Shown in pieces: positions 33,179 to 47,775 of a stretch of DNA of 64,000 bases. Made by a program: the position numbers and the translations under genes. Under the pieces are notes generated by a model. It saw only the letters and a list, made by a program, of their open reading frames with translations. It did no database searches and was not told the DNA's origin. The DNA is from Selaginella moellendorffii (Eukaryota > Plantae > Lycopodiophyta). Every line of letters starts with the position of its first letter. Positions within the stretch are counted from its first letter, which is position 1. The DNA lies in NCBI RefSeq assembly GCF_000143415.4, contig NW_003314384.1, positions 186,001 through 250,000 on the forward strand, written 5' to 3'.

Positions 33179-36100
33179 TGTGAGTGCATGGAATATGGAA
33201 AGGGAATACAGAAATGTGCATATCAATTAGCCCAAAAACCCTAGCTTATATACAGGAGCGAGTGGTCCGGATTGAAACCAATCCGACGGCTACCAAAATC
33301 CACTACGCTAATATTAGTATACAACATCGTAGCTGTACACTTGGCCCTCACATCATCCCCTCCTCTCGGAATAATGGAAGGCCGTCAGGGTTCTCTTGTA
33401 GATGGGCCAGGATCTGGAGGAACGTCAAGAGGAGGCATCGGTGGATCTGTAGACGGTATTAACTGCTCCTGATCCCTTTGTATGAAGCGTTTTAACCGTT
33501 GCACATGCATAATCTCCGGAGGATCGGCCTGCTGAACGTCATGCCGAACCTCATAAACTTGTGGTCCAACTTGCCGCAACACCCGATACGGTCCTTTCCA
33601 CTGCGCAAGAAGCCCCTTAGATAAACCACGTACCATAAGATGGGGAAAACGGACTAACACCAAATCATCCACTTTGTACTCCGCTGGTGGACGATGATGG
33701 GAATTGTAGCGCCGTTGTTGTCCCACTTGTACGCAGCCTAAGTGTTCAGTAGACTCTGCTCGGACAACTGGAAGAATGCTTGTCAAATATTGATCCCATG
33801 ACCTAGCATCAGGAGCTCGTGGCAATCGCGAAGGTAAACCTAGCTCTGTTGGTAAAATTGGATCATGACCATATAGAAGTTTATATGGTGAAGCACCAAC
33901 AGAACTCTGCACCCCTGTGACATAAGCATACCGAAGAGATGGCAAATAACCATCCCAATCCGAATGTTGAAAGTTCACATACTTCGCAATCATCCCTTTG
34001 AATGTCCGAACGAGCCGTTCCACCAGACCGTCTGATTGTGGATGATAAGCACTCGTAAAAGTGTGGCGTATCCCCAACCGAGATGTCAAAACATGAAATA
34101 CCTCAGCCATAAATGCAGGACCATTATCCGAAAGAATCCGTTCTGGACAAGAATGCTGGAACACCACTCAATTGAGGAGGAAGTATCCAACAGCAGTTGT
34201 AGAGGCACTAGCAAGAGCACCAACTTCCACCCAACGAGTCAAGTAGTCAGAAGCAATAATAACATACTCATTGCCAGCAGTCGATCGCGGAAAAGGTCCC
34301 ATAAGATCAAACGCCACCAACTCAAACGGACGAGAAACTGCAATTGCCTCCAACCGTCCTTTTGCAGCACAAGGGGGAGTATTACGAGCTTGGCACCAAA
34401 CGCAGCTACGCACATACCGGATAATATCACGTCGCATCTTTGGCCAATAGAAAGATCTGTGCAGCTTCTCGGTGACACGACGGTGTCCCATATGCCCACC
34501 TAGAATAGGAGAATCATGGTAGGCATGGAGAAACCGCGGAATAAACACCGAAGGCACCACCAGCCGTAAATGAGCATCAGGATCCGTCCCCACAAAATAA
34601 AGAAGGCCATCTTCAAGGCGATATTGAGAATGTAAATGCCGAAAAGGCAAGTCATCAGCAAGTGATGCAGGATTCTCAAACCCATCTCGAAGCCTTCGAA
34701 TCCACGGCTCAATCTTTTGAGCCTCGCGAACCTCATCCAGAGAAGGTAGATCTTGCTCTACGCCCTGTGGACACTGAACGTCAAGGACAGCAACCGCCGA
34801 CGGCACAGAATCTTCATCTAGAAAATCCACAGATGCTGGAACAACAGGTTTGTCAGAAACATGAGAAGTGAGTGGAGAAGGAAGAGGAGCTCCAGAAAGG
34901 GCATCAGCATCAGCCATAGAACTCCCTGGGCGATGAACAACATCGAAATCATATATCTGAAGCTTCAAAGCCCATTGAGCCGTACGACCAACCAGGTTCT
35001 TCCGCTTCAATAATGAAGTAACAGCAGCATGGTCACCTTCAAGTAACGTTCGAGAACCATGTAGATAGGCATGAAGTTTCTCGAAACCCCAGACTGCTGC
35101 TAAACACTCCTTCTCCGTCGTGGAGTAGTTCATCTCCGCTGGTTGTAATGTACGGCTTATGTATGCAATGGGATGGCGCTGACCAGGCACACTCGAGCTC
35201 TCTTGCATCAACACACCTCCAAGACCAATGTCAGAAGCATCCACGCGCAAAATAAAAGGTCGAGTGTAGTCAGGATATGCCAAAACCGGAGGAGTCGTCA
35301 ATAGCTCTTTGAGATTCACGAACGCCCGCTCACAATCGGGAGACCAGATGAAAGATGACGTTGATGACTTCAGCAACACTTGCAATGGTATAGTGCGATC
35401 GGAAAGATGATCCACAAAACGACCGAGATACTGCACCTTACCCAAAAAGCGCTGCACATCATTCACACACTTCGGAGTAGGGAACTCTAGAACAGCCACA
35501 AGTTTGTCAGGATCAACTTGCAAACCCTTACGAGAAATACGGTACCCAAGATAAGTTGTGTCCTTGGACCCAAACACGCACTTCGACCGCTTCAGCTTTA
35601 AACCAACGTCGCATAGCCGATCCAACACTTTACAAACATCACGAACATGCTCCTCCCACGTCCCCTCCGAGTGGATCAAGACATCATCAATGAAGTCAGC
35701 CGTCACCTCCGGCATATCGCAAAGAACCTCGTCCATCATCCGCTGAAAAGTTGTTGGAGCATTGTTCAAACCAAACAGCATCACCAAAAACTCGTACAAA
35801 CCAAATGGTGTATGAAAAGCAGTCTTAGGAATATCGTCTTCAGCCATCGGTACTTGCCAATACCCAGAAGCAAGATCTAGCTTGGTGAACCAACGACTTC
35901 GCCCCAGACGATCCAAGAGATCAACAGTGTGAGGAAGAGGGTACACGTCCGGGATCGTCACTTCATTTAACGGACGATAGTCGATGCAGAAATGAATACT
36001 CCCATCAGGCTTCGTCACAAGATGAGGTTCACATGCCCAAGGACTCCGCGACTTCCGAATAACACCCTTCTCCAACATCTCCTTGACGTTTGCACGTAAA

Positions 36101-38154
36101 ATCTTGATCTCCTTGGGTGACCGACGACGAACAGGAACCTTGATTGGACGAGCATCCCCGGTTGGAATGGGATGACGTGTGGCAATCTTGGCCCCAGACG
36201 ATAGGTCAAATTCAAAGAGATCAGAATACTCCTTCATGAGCTGGTCAACAGCTGCAAGAGGGATCGGAAAAGGGAAGAGCAGAACAAGATGGAAACACAA
36301 GAGGAAATAATGGGGGAACAAAAGTAATGGAAGCAGAGGTAGAAGTAGAGGGACGAAGAGGTACGGAAGTGAGAGGAATGGATGAAACATAAGGAAGTAT
36401 GAGAAAAGGGGGAAAAGCCTCAAAGTCACACTTGGCATGATTGTGCTGCAACCAATCCATACCAAGAATGAGGTCAAAAGCTTGACTCGGCACCACCCGC
36501 AACGACTGCAACTCAAGCTCGAGATCGCCCACACACACAACCAGGTCCGCCTCATCTCGTGCACATGCATGTGTACGGCCGTTGCCATAAAGAATGAAAA
36601 CTGGATCCGCCGCACGACGCAAGTGTAGACGACAACGTGTGGCAACAGGTCGAGCAATAGAAGATAAACTCGAACCTGTATCAACCAACACGGAGAGAAG
36701 AATAGGAGACCTCTTGTTATAAAAACGAGCTTGGAAAGTAAACACTGGATGAACCGGTGCCGAGTGAACCCCTTGATGATACTCCCGAAAGAAAGATGGA
36801 GGGGTCACTAACTTATTCGCGCAAGGTCCCTCCATTACTCGCGCGACTCCTCGTTTCCCGAATGCACCTCGGTATCCAAACCTTCCACCGCAGCAGCACC
36901 AACGGGACGTTGCTGACGCCAAGGTCTCCACCCAGGAAATGGAGGTCGCCAATCCGGAAAGCGCCGACAACGCCGATAAGTATGACCAACTTCATCACAC
37001 GCCCAGCAACGAACGTCACGGCCACGACCACGTCCTTGCCCTTGTCCTTGGACTCGAGTAGCAGCAGCATCAACCTCCATGGGAACAGGACCATCACTCA
37101 TAGGAAGTGGAGTTGTAGGACGTGTAGCAAGAAGTGGAAGAGGCGACGTCTCATAACGTTGTGCCAAGCGAAGAGCATCGTTAAGAGTGGCAGGAGCAAG
37201 TGCATGCACAAGTCCGACAAGATCTTGACGAAGTGCTGGCCACAGCATTTCTAGCTTGATCCGCTCCGACATATTTGGCTCCGCACGAAGCAAAAGACTT
37301 CGGAAACGAACGCCATGGCCCTTGGCGAAGACGATGCAATTGTTGGAAGGCATCATCACAATCGTCGGCGTGTCCGAAGGCGTGTTTGAAGACGTCCGGA
37401 AGAACACTCCAATCGCCACGAGTAGCTGCGCTCAATCCATTGTACCACTGCAATGCCGTCCCTTGAAGACATGTGGGGAACTCACGCAAACGTCGAGCAT
37501 CATCCCAAGAATGATATGTGGCAATCACCGTGAAGTGATTGAACCAATGGTACACATCATCCCCAAGATTCCCACGAAAGAACTCCGGCCAAACGCGAGG
37601 ATTGGCATCAAAAGCAGGAGGAGTTGTACCATGTGCCGTGAACGCCGCTATCAACTGAGTTTGGTTGTTCAATTGCAAGCGCATAGCATCAAGCAATTGA
37701 ACCAACTGCTGCTCTAGAGACAAAGGAGGAGATTGCGAATCGGCCATGAAAATGAATGAGAAAGAAAGAGCAAAAGAAGAGAAATGACAAAAAGCTGGAA
37801 AGAAATGGTAGATCTAGACAATGCAAAAAGCTAGATCTAAACCAAAATCCTGAAAGGAAAGAACAAAAGAAAGGAAATGGAAAAAGCTAGATCTAGACAA
37901 TGCAAAAGCTAGATCTAAACCGAAATCCCAAATCCAAGCACTCCCCAGGGACAATCAAAGGTGCCCCTCACCTCCACCAATGTGAGTGCATGGAATATGG
38001 AAAGGGAATACAGAAATGTGCATATCAATTAGCCCAAAAACCCTAGCTTATATACAGGAGTGAGTGGTCCGGATTGAAACCAATCTGACGGCTACTAAAA
38101 TCCACTACGCTAATATTAGTATACGGCATCGTAGCCGTACACTTGGCCCTCACA
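33179..38154 (-). mobile_element. Full-length Ty3/Gypsy non-chromovirus element, copy A
   Basis: 174-bp LTRs 33179-33352 and 37981-38154 (TG..CA, ~6 transitions apart); TSD ATAG; PBS TGGTGGAGGTGAGGGG; PPT GAGAGGAGGGGATGA; gag-PR-RT(FIDD)-RH-INT with a few frameshifting deletions. Confidence 0.95.
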
Positions 38155-41100
38155 ATAGCATTATGGCAAAGAATTAAAATTATATTTATATATTAATAGG
38201 CAAAATATTTATTAAGATTGACAAATTATAAGTATATTTTTACTATTTTCTTTGTTAGAATATATTTATGAAATACATTTTTAAAAAATAAAGATTTTAA
38301 ATATAATCAATTAATTCTAATTTACTTACTTTGATAATAAAAAACATGAGCATTTTTAATATGTTTTTTACACATTGGGGGGTATATATTTTTCTTCCTT
38401 ATGAGTATACAGCATGACATAAATAATAAAAGCATGAGATATTAAATTTTGAGTTTATTTAATTATTTTGAGAAAAAAACCAAAGTTTATGACTTTTATA
38501 TAAATTTTATGTTATATTTATTTCTTATTTTTTAATGATATTTTTATAAATATTTTATTTTTTAAGGTTTAAAAGGAACTCAGCTATGATGCTGACTTCT
38601 TCTTTAATTTTTTTAATGATCTTTTTTGTGAAGTTGATGAAGTGTTTTTTTTCATTAACATTAGTAAATTCATTGGGATAAAATTTTTATGTGATAAAAC
38701 AATATATCCCAAAACTTTTATTTATAAAAGTATTTTAATAAATATTTTATAATATAACTATATTCAAAAATTTAATTAATAAATTTATTTTTTTCCAAAA
38801 TCTGAGAGGCTTACAATAAAAAAACTTATATAAATTCAATCAAATATTATTAATATTTTCATAGTGTGAGGGCCAAGTGTATGGCTATAATGCTATATAC
38901 TAATATTAGCATAGTGGAATTTAGTAGCTGTCAAATTAGTTTCAATTCGGACCACTCACTATTGTTTATAAGTTAAGGTATTTGGGCTAATTGATATGCA
39001 CATTTTCTGTATTCTCTTTCCATATTTCAATCATTCGTATTGGTGAAGGTGAGGGCCACCTTTAATTGTCCCTGAGGAGTGCTTGAATTTGGGATTTTGG
39101 TTTAGATTTAGCTTTTGTATTGTTTAAATCTAGCTTTTTCTATTTCCTTTCTTTTGTTCTTTCCTTTCAGGATTTTGGTTTAGAATTTAGCTTTTTGCAT
39201 TGTCTAGATCTACCATTTCCTTCTAGCTTTTTGTCATTTCTCTTCCTTTGCTCTTTCTTTTTCATTCGTCTTCATGGCAGATCAGCAATCTCCTCCTTTG
39301 ACTCTAGAGCAGCAGTTGGTACAATTGTTTGATGCTATGCGCTTGCAATTGAACAACAAAACTTAGTTAATGGTAGTGTTCATGGCATGTGGTATAACTC
39401 CTCTTGCTCTTGGTGCCAATCCTTGCGTTCGGCTAGAGTTCTTTCACGGGAATCCTATGAATGATGTGTACCATTGGTTCGATCACTTCACGGTGATTGC
39501 CGCATATCATTCTTGGGATGATGCTCGATATTTGTGTAAGTTTCCTACGTGTCTCCAAGGGATGGCATTGCAATGGTACAACGGTTTGGGGGCAGCCACT
39601 TGTGGGGATTAGAGTGTTCTCCCGGACGTCTTCAAACGCGCTTTCGGACATGCCGATGACTGTGATGATGCCTTCCAACAATTGCATCGTCTTAGCCAAG
39701 GGTCATTTGAGAAGGTAATGCAATTTGGGGATCATTTCTGAAGTCTTTTGCTTCGTGTGAAGCCAAATATATCGGAGCGGATCAAGTTAGAAATGTTGTG
39801 GCCAACACTTCGTCAAGATCTTGTTGGACTTGTGCATGCACTTGCTCCCGCCACCCTTAACGATGCTCTTCGCTTAGCACAATGTTATGAGATGTCGCCT
39901 CTTCCACTTCTCGCTGCACATTTTTCAACTCCACTTCCTATAGGTGATGGTCTTGTTCCAATGGAGGTTGATGCTGCTACTGCTCGAGTCCAAGGATGAG
40001 GGCGAGGATGTGGTCGTGGTCGTGATGTTCGCTGCTGGGCGTGTGATGACGTTGGTCATACTTATCGGCATTGTTGGCATTTTCCGGATTGGCGACCTCC
40101 ATTTTCTGGGTGGAGATCTTGGCATCAGCAACGTCCCGTTGGTGCTGTTGCAGTGGAAGTTTTGGACACCGAGATGCATCTGGGAAATGAGGAGTCGCAT
40201 GAGTAACGGAGGGACCTTGCGCGAATAAGTCAGTGACCCCTTTATCTTTCTTTCGGGAGTATCATCAAGGGGTTCACTCGGCACCGGTTCATCCAGTGTT
40301 TACTTTGCAAGCTCATTTTTCTAACAAGAGGTCTCCTATTATTCTTTCTGTGTTGGTTGATACAGGTTCAAGTGTATCTTCTATTGCTCGACTTGTTGCC
40401 ACACGTTGCCGTCTACACTTGTGTCGTGCGGCAGAACCAGTTTTCATTCTTTATGGCAACAGCTATACACATGCATGTGCACGGGATGAAGTAGACTTGG
40501 TTGTGCATATGGGAGATCTCGAGCTTGAGTTGTAGTCATTGCGGGTGGTGCCGAGTCAAGCTTTTGATTTCATTCTTGGTATGGATTGGTTACAACACAA
40601 TCATACCAAGTGTGACTTTGAGGCTTCTCTGCCTTGTCTCATACTTCTTTATGGTTCATTCATTCCTTTCACTTCCATACCTCTTCGTCCCTCTACTTCT
40701 ACCTCTGTTTCCATTACTTTTGTTCCTCCATTATTTCCTCCTATGTTTCTATCTTGTTCTACTTTTCCCTTTTTCCAATCCCTCCAACAAGCTTTGTGTT
40801 GTAGCGGTTGACTGACTTATGAAGGAGTATTCTAATCTTTTTGAATTTGACCTATCCTTTGGGGCCAAGATTGCCACACGTCATCCGATTCCAAACGGGG
40901 ATGCTCGTCTAATCAAGGTTCCTGTTCGTCGTCGGTCACCCAAGGAGATCAAGATTTTATGTGCAAACATAAAAGAGATGTTGGACAAGGGTGTTATTTA
41001 GAAGTTGCAGAGTCCTTGCGCATGTGAACCTCATTTTGTGACGAAGCCTAATGAGAGTATTCGTTTCTGCATTGACTATCGTCTGTTAAACAAAGTGACA

Positions 41101-41179
41101 ATCCCGGATGTATACCCTCTTCTTCACACTGCTAATCTCTTGGATCGTTTGGGGTGAAGTTTTTGGTTCACCAAATTGG

Positions 41180-44100
41180 TGTAAGGAACCGACTCTTCGT
41201 GATGCCGTAGGCTAAAGGATCCCCAAAAGCATGACCGAAATGACAAAGAGTTCATCAGATGGGACTGAGTCGAAGATCAAGTCTAAGACTGACTCTAAGA
41301 CCGAGTTCCAAATAGAGTTCGGGATTGAGTCCGAGGCCGAATCGGAGGCCGAGTTCGAGACTGATTTCGAGACCGAGCTCGAGATAGAGTCCGAGATCCA
41401 AATTGGGTCCGAGACTGAGTCCGAGGTCGAGTCCAAAGTCGAGTCCGAGATCGGGTCCGAGATCGAGCCCGAGATCGAGTTCGAGACCGAATCCGAAGTC
41501 GGGTCCGAGATCGAGTCCGAGATCGAATCTGAGACTAAGTCCAAATACTAATATGGGTCAAGGGGTGAAAGCCCAAAGCGTGTGTCTCCCAAGGGGGGGG
41601 GGGGCTGCAAGGGGTTCCAAAAGTATAGTAGGGATAGTGAGGTCCAGGAACCAGTCTTGAAAGAACTCTCCAGTGGTGCTTCTAAACTGACTTGAGGTTG
41701 AGATTGGGGCTGAGGGGCCGAGGGTGGGAGTGAGCATGGGCTTGGGTGGTGCCGGAGGGGCCACCCAGGGAAGTGCTCAAGAGCAGCTCCCACTCCCGAA
41801 AGGGAAACCGACTGCAGTGCTCCCAGCTCATGTGGAGTGGTGCCCCACTTGAGTACCTTGTGGCTCATTGGTCCTCGCCCTTCCTAGGGGCTTGGGCCTT
41901 CCCTTCGGGATGGAAGTGGGGGGGAAGAGGTACCCACACCGGGCCGTTAGGCCACGGTGTTTCGCCCTGATGTCCCGAAGCAAGTGTTGCACCCAAGGCT
42001 TGGGATTTAGAGGTTCCATGATCAAGTCTTGTTATACCAAGGGGTGTTAGGAACTTGGAGGCTTGGTGTGTTTGGTTGCTTGAGCTTGCGGGGAGTGTAG
42101 CCAAACCTTAAGTCCAGTCTAACCCGGGGAGGGGGATTGGGAGGGATTTGGGAATCTGTGGATGGAAGGCTAACTCTCTGTTGCTCATGCAGTGAGTAGC
42201 TGAAACCAAGTAGGACCAAGTAGGAGCTGGTACAATAGGCGAGAACCTTGGCGAGGGAACTTAGCACAAGCCAAGGCAGTGTTGGTCGGATAGACGAGGT
42301 AAGCTGGTAAATTGGAAAGGAAAAATTTTGTGGCTTACAATTTGGTATCGGAGCCTTTTCCTCAGTTCTAGCAAAGGATAGAGGCGGATTGCTGGGAGAT
42401 GGCAAAGGCAGGGCAGAAACGAACCAAAGCAGAGACAGAACCTTCTCCAGAGCTGGAGCCTCCGGTCGAACAAGAGGCTATGGATGAAGAATCCTTGCAT
42501 GAGGAGGACTCCAATGAGGCAACTTCCAAACAAGAGTCCAGTGGTGAGGATCGGTCGTCCAAAGCTCGATTGGACATTCTAGAAGGACAATTGGCACAAA
42601 CCAATGCCCTGCTAGAGACTCTCGTACGCAAGTTAAGACCTAACAAGAAGCAGAAGAAAAAGCGAAAGACTGCAGATGCTGGCAGCGCAAAGGGTGCGGA
42701 CCCTTCGGTAGGGACTGAGGCAAAACCAAACAAGGTGGAACAGACCGAAGTGGAATCAGCCCTCAGGCAGTTCCTAAGTACAAACCAAAGCCCCCACTGG
42801 TCTTCAAGGGAGTGAATGACTATAAGGTGGTGGAGGATTGGTTTTATGATATGGAGGACTACTTTCGAGTGTTATGGTTACCAAGCTCGGAGAAGGTCCC
42901 ATGTGCAAAACCATACTTGGCAGATAATGCCAAGTCTTGGTGGAGAACGACAAAGGCCAACGAAGGATTGGTGGCCACTTGGGAAATGATGAAGGCGAGG
43001 ATCCGCGCGACTTACATTCCTCCGAATGCTACTCTGCATCTAAGAGACGAGCTAAGTAGGCTGAAGCAAACCGAAACCATTTAGGAGTATGTGAATGGGT
43101 TTATGGCAAAGAGGATACTTGTCATGGACATGAGGGATATGGACGCGTTCCATGCCTTCATATCAGGTTTGCAAACCTGAGCTCACAGTGAGGTGATGCA
43201 GTGGAACCCGACCAACTACAAGGAAGCGTTGGATGTGGCCATCAAGGTGCATTTCAACGATAACCTGCGAAAGGGAAACACGACGGGGTCGGGGTCCACA
43301 TTTAGCAAAGGGGCCAAACCAAGGGGAACGTATAGCAGAGGGAAATTCAAGAAGAGTTTCTCTAAGAATGAGTCCTCGGGGTTCCGAAAAGGCAAATCCA
43401 GTGGCCAGCGAGCGAGTACGTGGGGGAGTCAAGCGAAAAGAGACAAACCCACGGATAAGAAAATCAAGTCGTATAGCAACGTGGGAAACAATGTATGCTA
43501 CAATTGCGGTGAAGTGGGACACTTTTCGAGGGAATGTCCCTACCCGAAGAAGGCCAGAGCCAATATGGCCATCAAGTCAGGTGAAGTCCAAACTAAGGTA
43601 TGTGATCCAGTCCCTAACTCAAAGTTACTCATTACATGAGCAACTTTGGTAGAGAATCGTTCGCGACATCTACTAGCCCTCCGAGGGAAGCTCGGAGGTA
43701 GCTTTGTTAAGATCCTTATTGACACGGGTGCTTCGGATAATTTTGTGGCTGCAGACATAGTCCGGCAAGCCGGACTAACAATGTTGTGGCTAGGTGAACC
43801 AAGGACTATAGAGTTTGTTCAAGGTAGCCAAAGCACCGATGAGGTACTTCGACAAGCAAGAGTCGAAGTGGGGACTTGGAAGGTGGACATGGATTTCACT
43901 ATGTTGGACATGGCAGGATTTGACGTGATCTTCAGAATGGATTGGTTCAATCGATTCGTGGTAGCCCTGCATGGACAAGGTAGAAACCTTGTGGTACTAG
44001 CAAATGCCCAAGGAAGAAGATCTAGGGTGGAGGCCCAGGATCTAAAGGTAGGGCAAAGCAAGGCCAAAGATTCCTGTTTAAACCTAGTGTCCACGAGAGG

Positions 44101-46757
44101 ACAACTCATTAAAGGAACTAAGGCAGCATTTTTGTGTTTACTCTCAGTGAAGAGTGACAAAAAGACAGGAACGGAAAAAGTACCTTTAGTGATCCAGCAG
44201 GTGTTAGACTAATTCCAGGATACCATGCCGGAGGAGCTACCGGTGGGGTTGCCCCCCGTACGACCGATAGAACATAAAATTGAGCTGGTCGAGGGTGCTG
44301 AGGCAGTGGTTCATCCCCCCTATCATTTGAACGAAAAAGAACTCAAGGAGCTCAAGTGCCAACTAGAGGAGTTGGTGGACAAAGGGTATGTTAAGTTGAG
44401 CAAGTCGCTGTATGAGGTGCCGGTGTTATTTGTGAAAAAGAAAGATGGATTTATGCGCATATGTATAGACTACCAGTTGCTCAACAAGTATACAAAGAAG
44501 AACAAGTACCCTTTGCCAAGGATTGAGGACCTGTTTGATAGGTTGGGAAAGGCAAAATACTTCTCGAGGATTGACCTAAGGTCAGGATACTACCAGATCA
44601 GGGTAGCCGAGGAAGATGTTGAGAAAACAACCTGTCAAACGAGGTATGGGAGCTTTGAGTTTCTAATGATGCCCTTCGGGCTATGTAATGCACCGGCAAC
44701 GTTTTCGGCGTTGATGAACCACATCTTTGTACCCTATCTAGATCACTTTGTGGTCGTCTATATCGACAACATCCTGATCTATAGCGAGACGCTAGAGGAG
44801 CATTCCGAACACTTGGCGAAGGTGTTTGAGAAACTAAGGGAACACAAACTGTATGCCAAAGAGAGCAAATGTGACTTTGCTCAACAAGAAGTAAAGTTTC
44901 TTGGGCATGTGGTGGGCCAGGACGGGCTCAAGGTGGACCCGGAGAAGGTCCAAGCGATCCAGGAATGGGAGCGACCATCGAATGTACATGAGTTGAGGGC
45001 ATTCTTGGGGCTATGCAACTACTACCGAAAGTTTATCAGACACTATTCGAGAGTAGCCCTGCCCTTAACGGACCAAACAGGAAAAGGGAAGATGGTATGG
45101 ACAACAGAATGTGAGGTGGCATTCGTCCACCTCAAAGGGAAGTTGAGGAAGGCTCCCGTGTTGGCATTACCAGACTTTGGTAACGACTTTGAGGTAGAAA
45201 AGGATGCTTCGGACTTTGTGTTGGGCACAGTTTTGAAGCAAGACAACCATCCAGTAACGTTCTTCTCGAAGAAGTTGGACAAGGCTCAAAGGAAGTGGCT
45301 TGCCCACGAGAAGGAACTGTTTGCGGTGGTCAAGGTGCTCAAGGAGTGGCGACACTACTTTGGGAGACACTTCAAGGTTTACACGGACAATATGGCAACG
45401 AAACACTTCTTGTCACAACCCGACCTAAGAGGGAAACAGGGTCGGTGGGCCAATGCCTTGGCCGAGTTTGATTGTGAAATCCTGTACAATCCTGGGAAGA
45501 GCAACATCGTGGCAGATGCGCTAAGTCGAAAAGCGAGCTTGAAGTTGGCGATATCCAGTGTGACAGCAACCTTTTGGGACGATGTGCGGACAGCATATTT
45601 GGAATGATGGTCTAGCACAAGAAGTGTTGCTAAGGAATCTAGAGGCACGGGAAGCTCACTAGAGAGGTGACCTGCCAACGGAAAAGAAAATGGGTTATGC
45701 GGAACGCAACAGACTCATCTATTACAAGCAAACGAAGGTGTATGTTCCAGAAGGGGAACTAAGGAAGGTAGCCTTAGAAGAGTGTCATGATGAACCTCTT
45801 GCAGGACACGGCGGAGTGCCCAAGATGATGGGCTTACTCAAGAGGAAGTATCACTGGCCAGATATGGCTAAGGATGTCCAAGACTATGTAAAGACATGTC
45901 CGACATGTCAGCAGGTAAAAGCCGTGACTAAGGCTAGTGGGGGCTTGTTGCAAAGCATCCCAATTCCAGATCGTCCGTGGAAATGTCTTACGATGGACTT
46001 CATCACGGGACTCCCCCCAAGCGAGGGGTTTGATGCGATATTCGTGGTGGTGGACCGATTTTCGAAGATGGCACATTTCATACCCACCACAACGGAAGTG
46101 GATGCGGAAGGTGTGGCAAAGCTGTTCTTCGAACAAGTGGTTCGAGTGCGGGGAAGGCCAGAAGAGATTATCTCAGATCAAGATAAGATCTTCACTAGTA
46201 GGTTCTGGAGAACTCTCCTAGAATAGTATTGCACCAAATTGAAATTCAGCACAGCCTACCACCCACAAACAGGTATGGGGTATTAAGTCAAGTTGGATGG
46301 CACTAACACTTCTTGACAGATGGACAAACAAAAAGGGTGAATAGGCAGCTGGAGGATTATTTGCGATGCTATGTCTCAGGAGACCAAACCGATTGGGTAA
46401 GTCATTTGGGACTTGCAGAAATGTGTTATAACAACTCACCATATTCGAGTATCGGGGTGAGTCCATGGGAAGTCATCAACGGGCGAGCTATTGAAGGTCC
46501 TGTGGAACTCGGCGTGGCCGAGTATCATGGAGAGTTATCCGCAGTAGGGGGGGATTGGGAGGGATTTGGGAATCCATGGATGGAAGACTAACTCTCCATT
46601 ACTCGTGTAGTGAGTAGCTGAAACCAAGTAGGACCAAGTAGGAGTTGGTACAATAGGCGAGAACCTTGGCGAGGGAATTTAGCACAAGCCAAGGCAGTGT
46701 TGGTCAGATAGACGAGGTAAGCTGGCAAATTGGAAAAGAAAAATTTTGTGGCTTACA
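41180..46757 (+). mobile_element. Second Ty3/Gypsy family nested in copy B; 3' part deleted
   Basis: TSD ATTGG; 5' LTR 41180-42339 (1160 bp); Met PBS TGGTATCGGAGCC; gag with CCHC knuckle CYNCGEVGHFSREC; protease DTGA; RT (YIDN), RH and INT with stops. Only the last ~210 bp of the 3' LTR (46547-46757) remain. Confidence 0.93.
41264..41545 (+). repeat. CpG-rich 6/12-bp tandem array (GAGTCC GAGATC) in the LTR
   Basis: Degenerate repeats of GAGTCCGAGATC forming a 106-aa Glu/Ser-rich ORF at 41231-41551. Confidence 0.85.
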
Positions 46758-47775
46758 ATTGGATCTTGTTTTTGGGTACTAGTAAGTACTGATGGCCAAA
46801 GATGATATTCCTAAGACTGTTTTTCATACCTCATTTGGTTTGTATGAGGTTTTGGTGATGCCGTTTGGTTTAAACAATGCTCCAGCAACTTTTCAACAAA
46901 TGATGAACAAGGTTCTTTGCAATATGCCGGAGGTGACTGTTGACTTTATTAATAATGTTTTGATCCACTCAGAGGGGACGTGGGAGGAGCACGTTCATAA
47001 TGTTTGTAAAGTGTTGAATCAGCTTCGCGACTTTGGTTTAAAGCTGAAGCGGTTGAAGTGCGTGTTTGGGTTCAAGGACACAACTTATCTTGGGTACCGT
47101 ATTTTTTGTAAGGTTTGCAAGTTGATCCTAACAAACTTGTGGCTATTCTAAAGTTCTCTACTCCGAAGTGTGTAAATGATATGCAACGCTTCTTGGGCAA
47201 AATGTAGTATTTTAGTCATTTTGTGGATCATCTTTTTTATTACACTGCACCATTACGAGCATTGCTGAAGTCATCAACGTCATCTTTCATTTGGTCTTCA
47301 GATTGTGAGTGGGCATTTGTGGATTTCAAAGAACTATTGATGACTCCTTCGGTTTTGGCATATTCTAACTACACTTGACCTTTTATTTTGCGTGATATAA
47401 GCTAGGGTTTTTAGGCTAATTGGTATGTATATTTTTTGTATTCCTTTTCTATATTTTAAGCACTTGCAATAGATTATTATAATATTTTCTGCTATTATTC
47501 ATTAGTTAATAGTAATCTATTTATATAAATATATAATTTTGATATATTATTTTATCACACAAAAGTTTATCCTAAAAATTTCTATCCTAAAATATAAACT
47601 GAATCTTTTAGTTTATGACCTGAAGTGTTATTGATCATTTATCTGGAAAATTATTATTATTAAATATTAATATTTATTTTATTTAACTATATAAGTGTAC
47701 TATTAATATAAATATTTAGAATAGTATTGAAATATTATTAGATCTTTTGCTATATTCTTTTAAATTATTTGAATA

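Larger units (their letters stand above)
38865..47468 (+). mobile_element. Older degenerate copy B of the same Gypsy family, interrupted and internally deleted
   Basis: 5' LTR from 38865; TSD ATAG (38861-38864, 47469-47472); many stops. RT is split at 41180/46758; RH-INT and most of the 3' LTR are deleted at ~47395. Confidence 0.9.
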
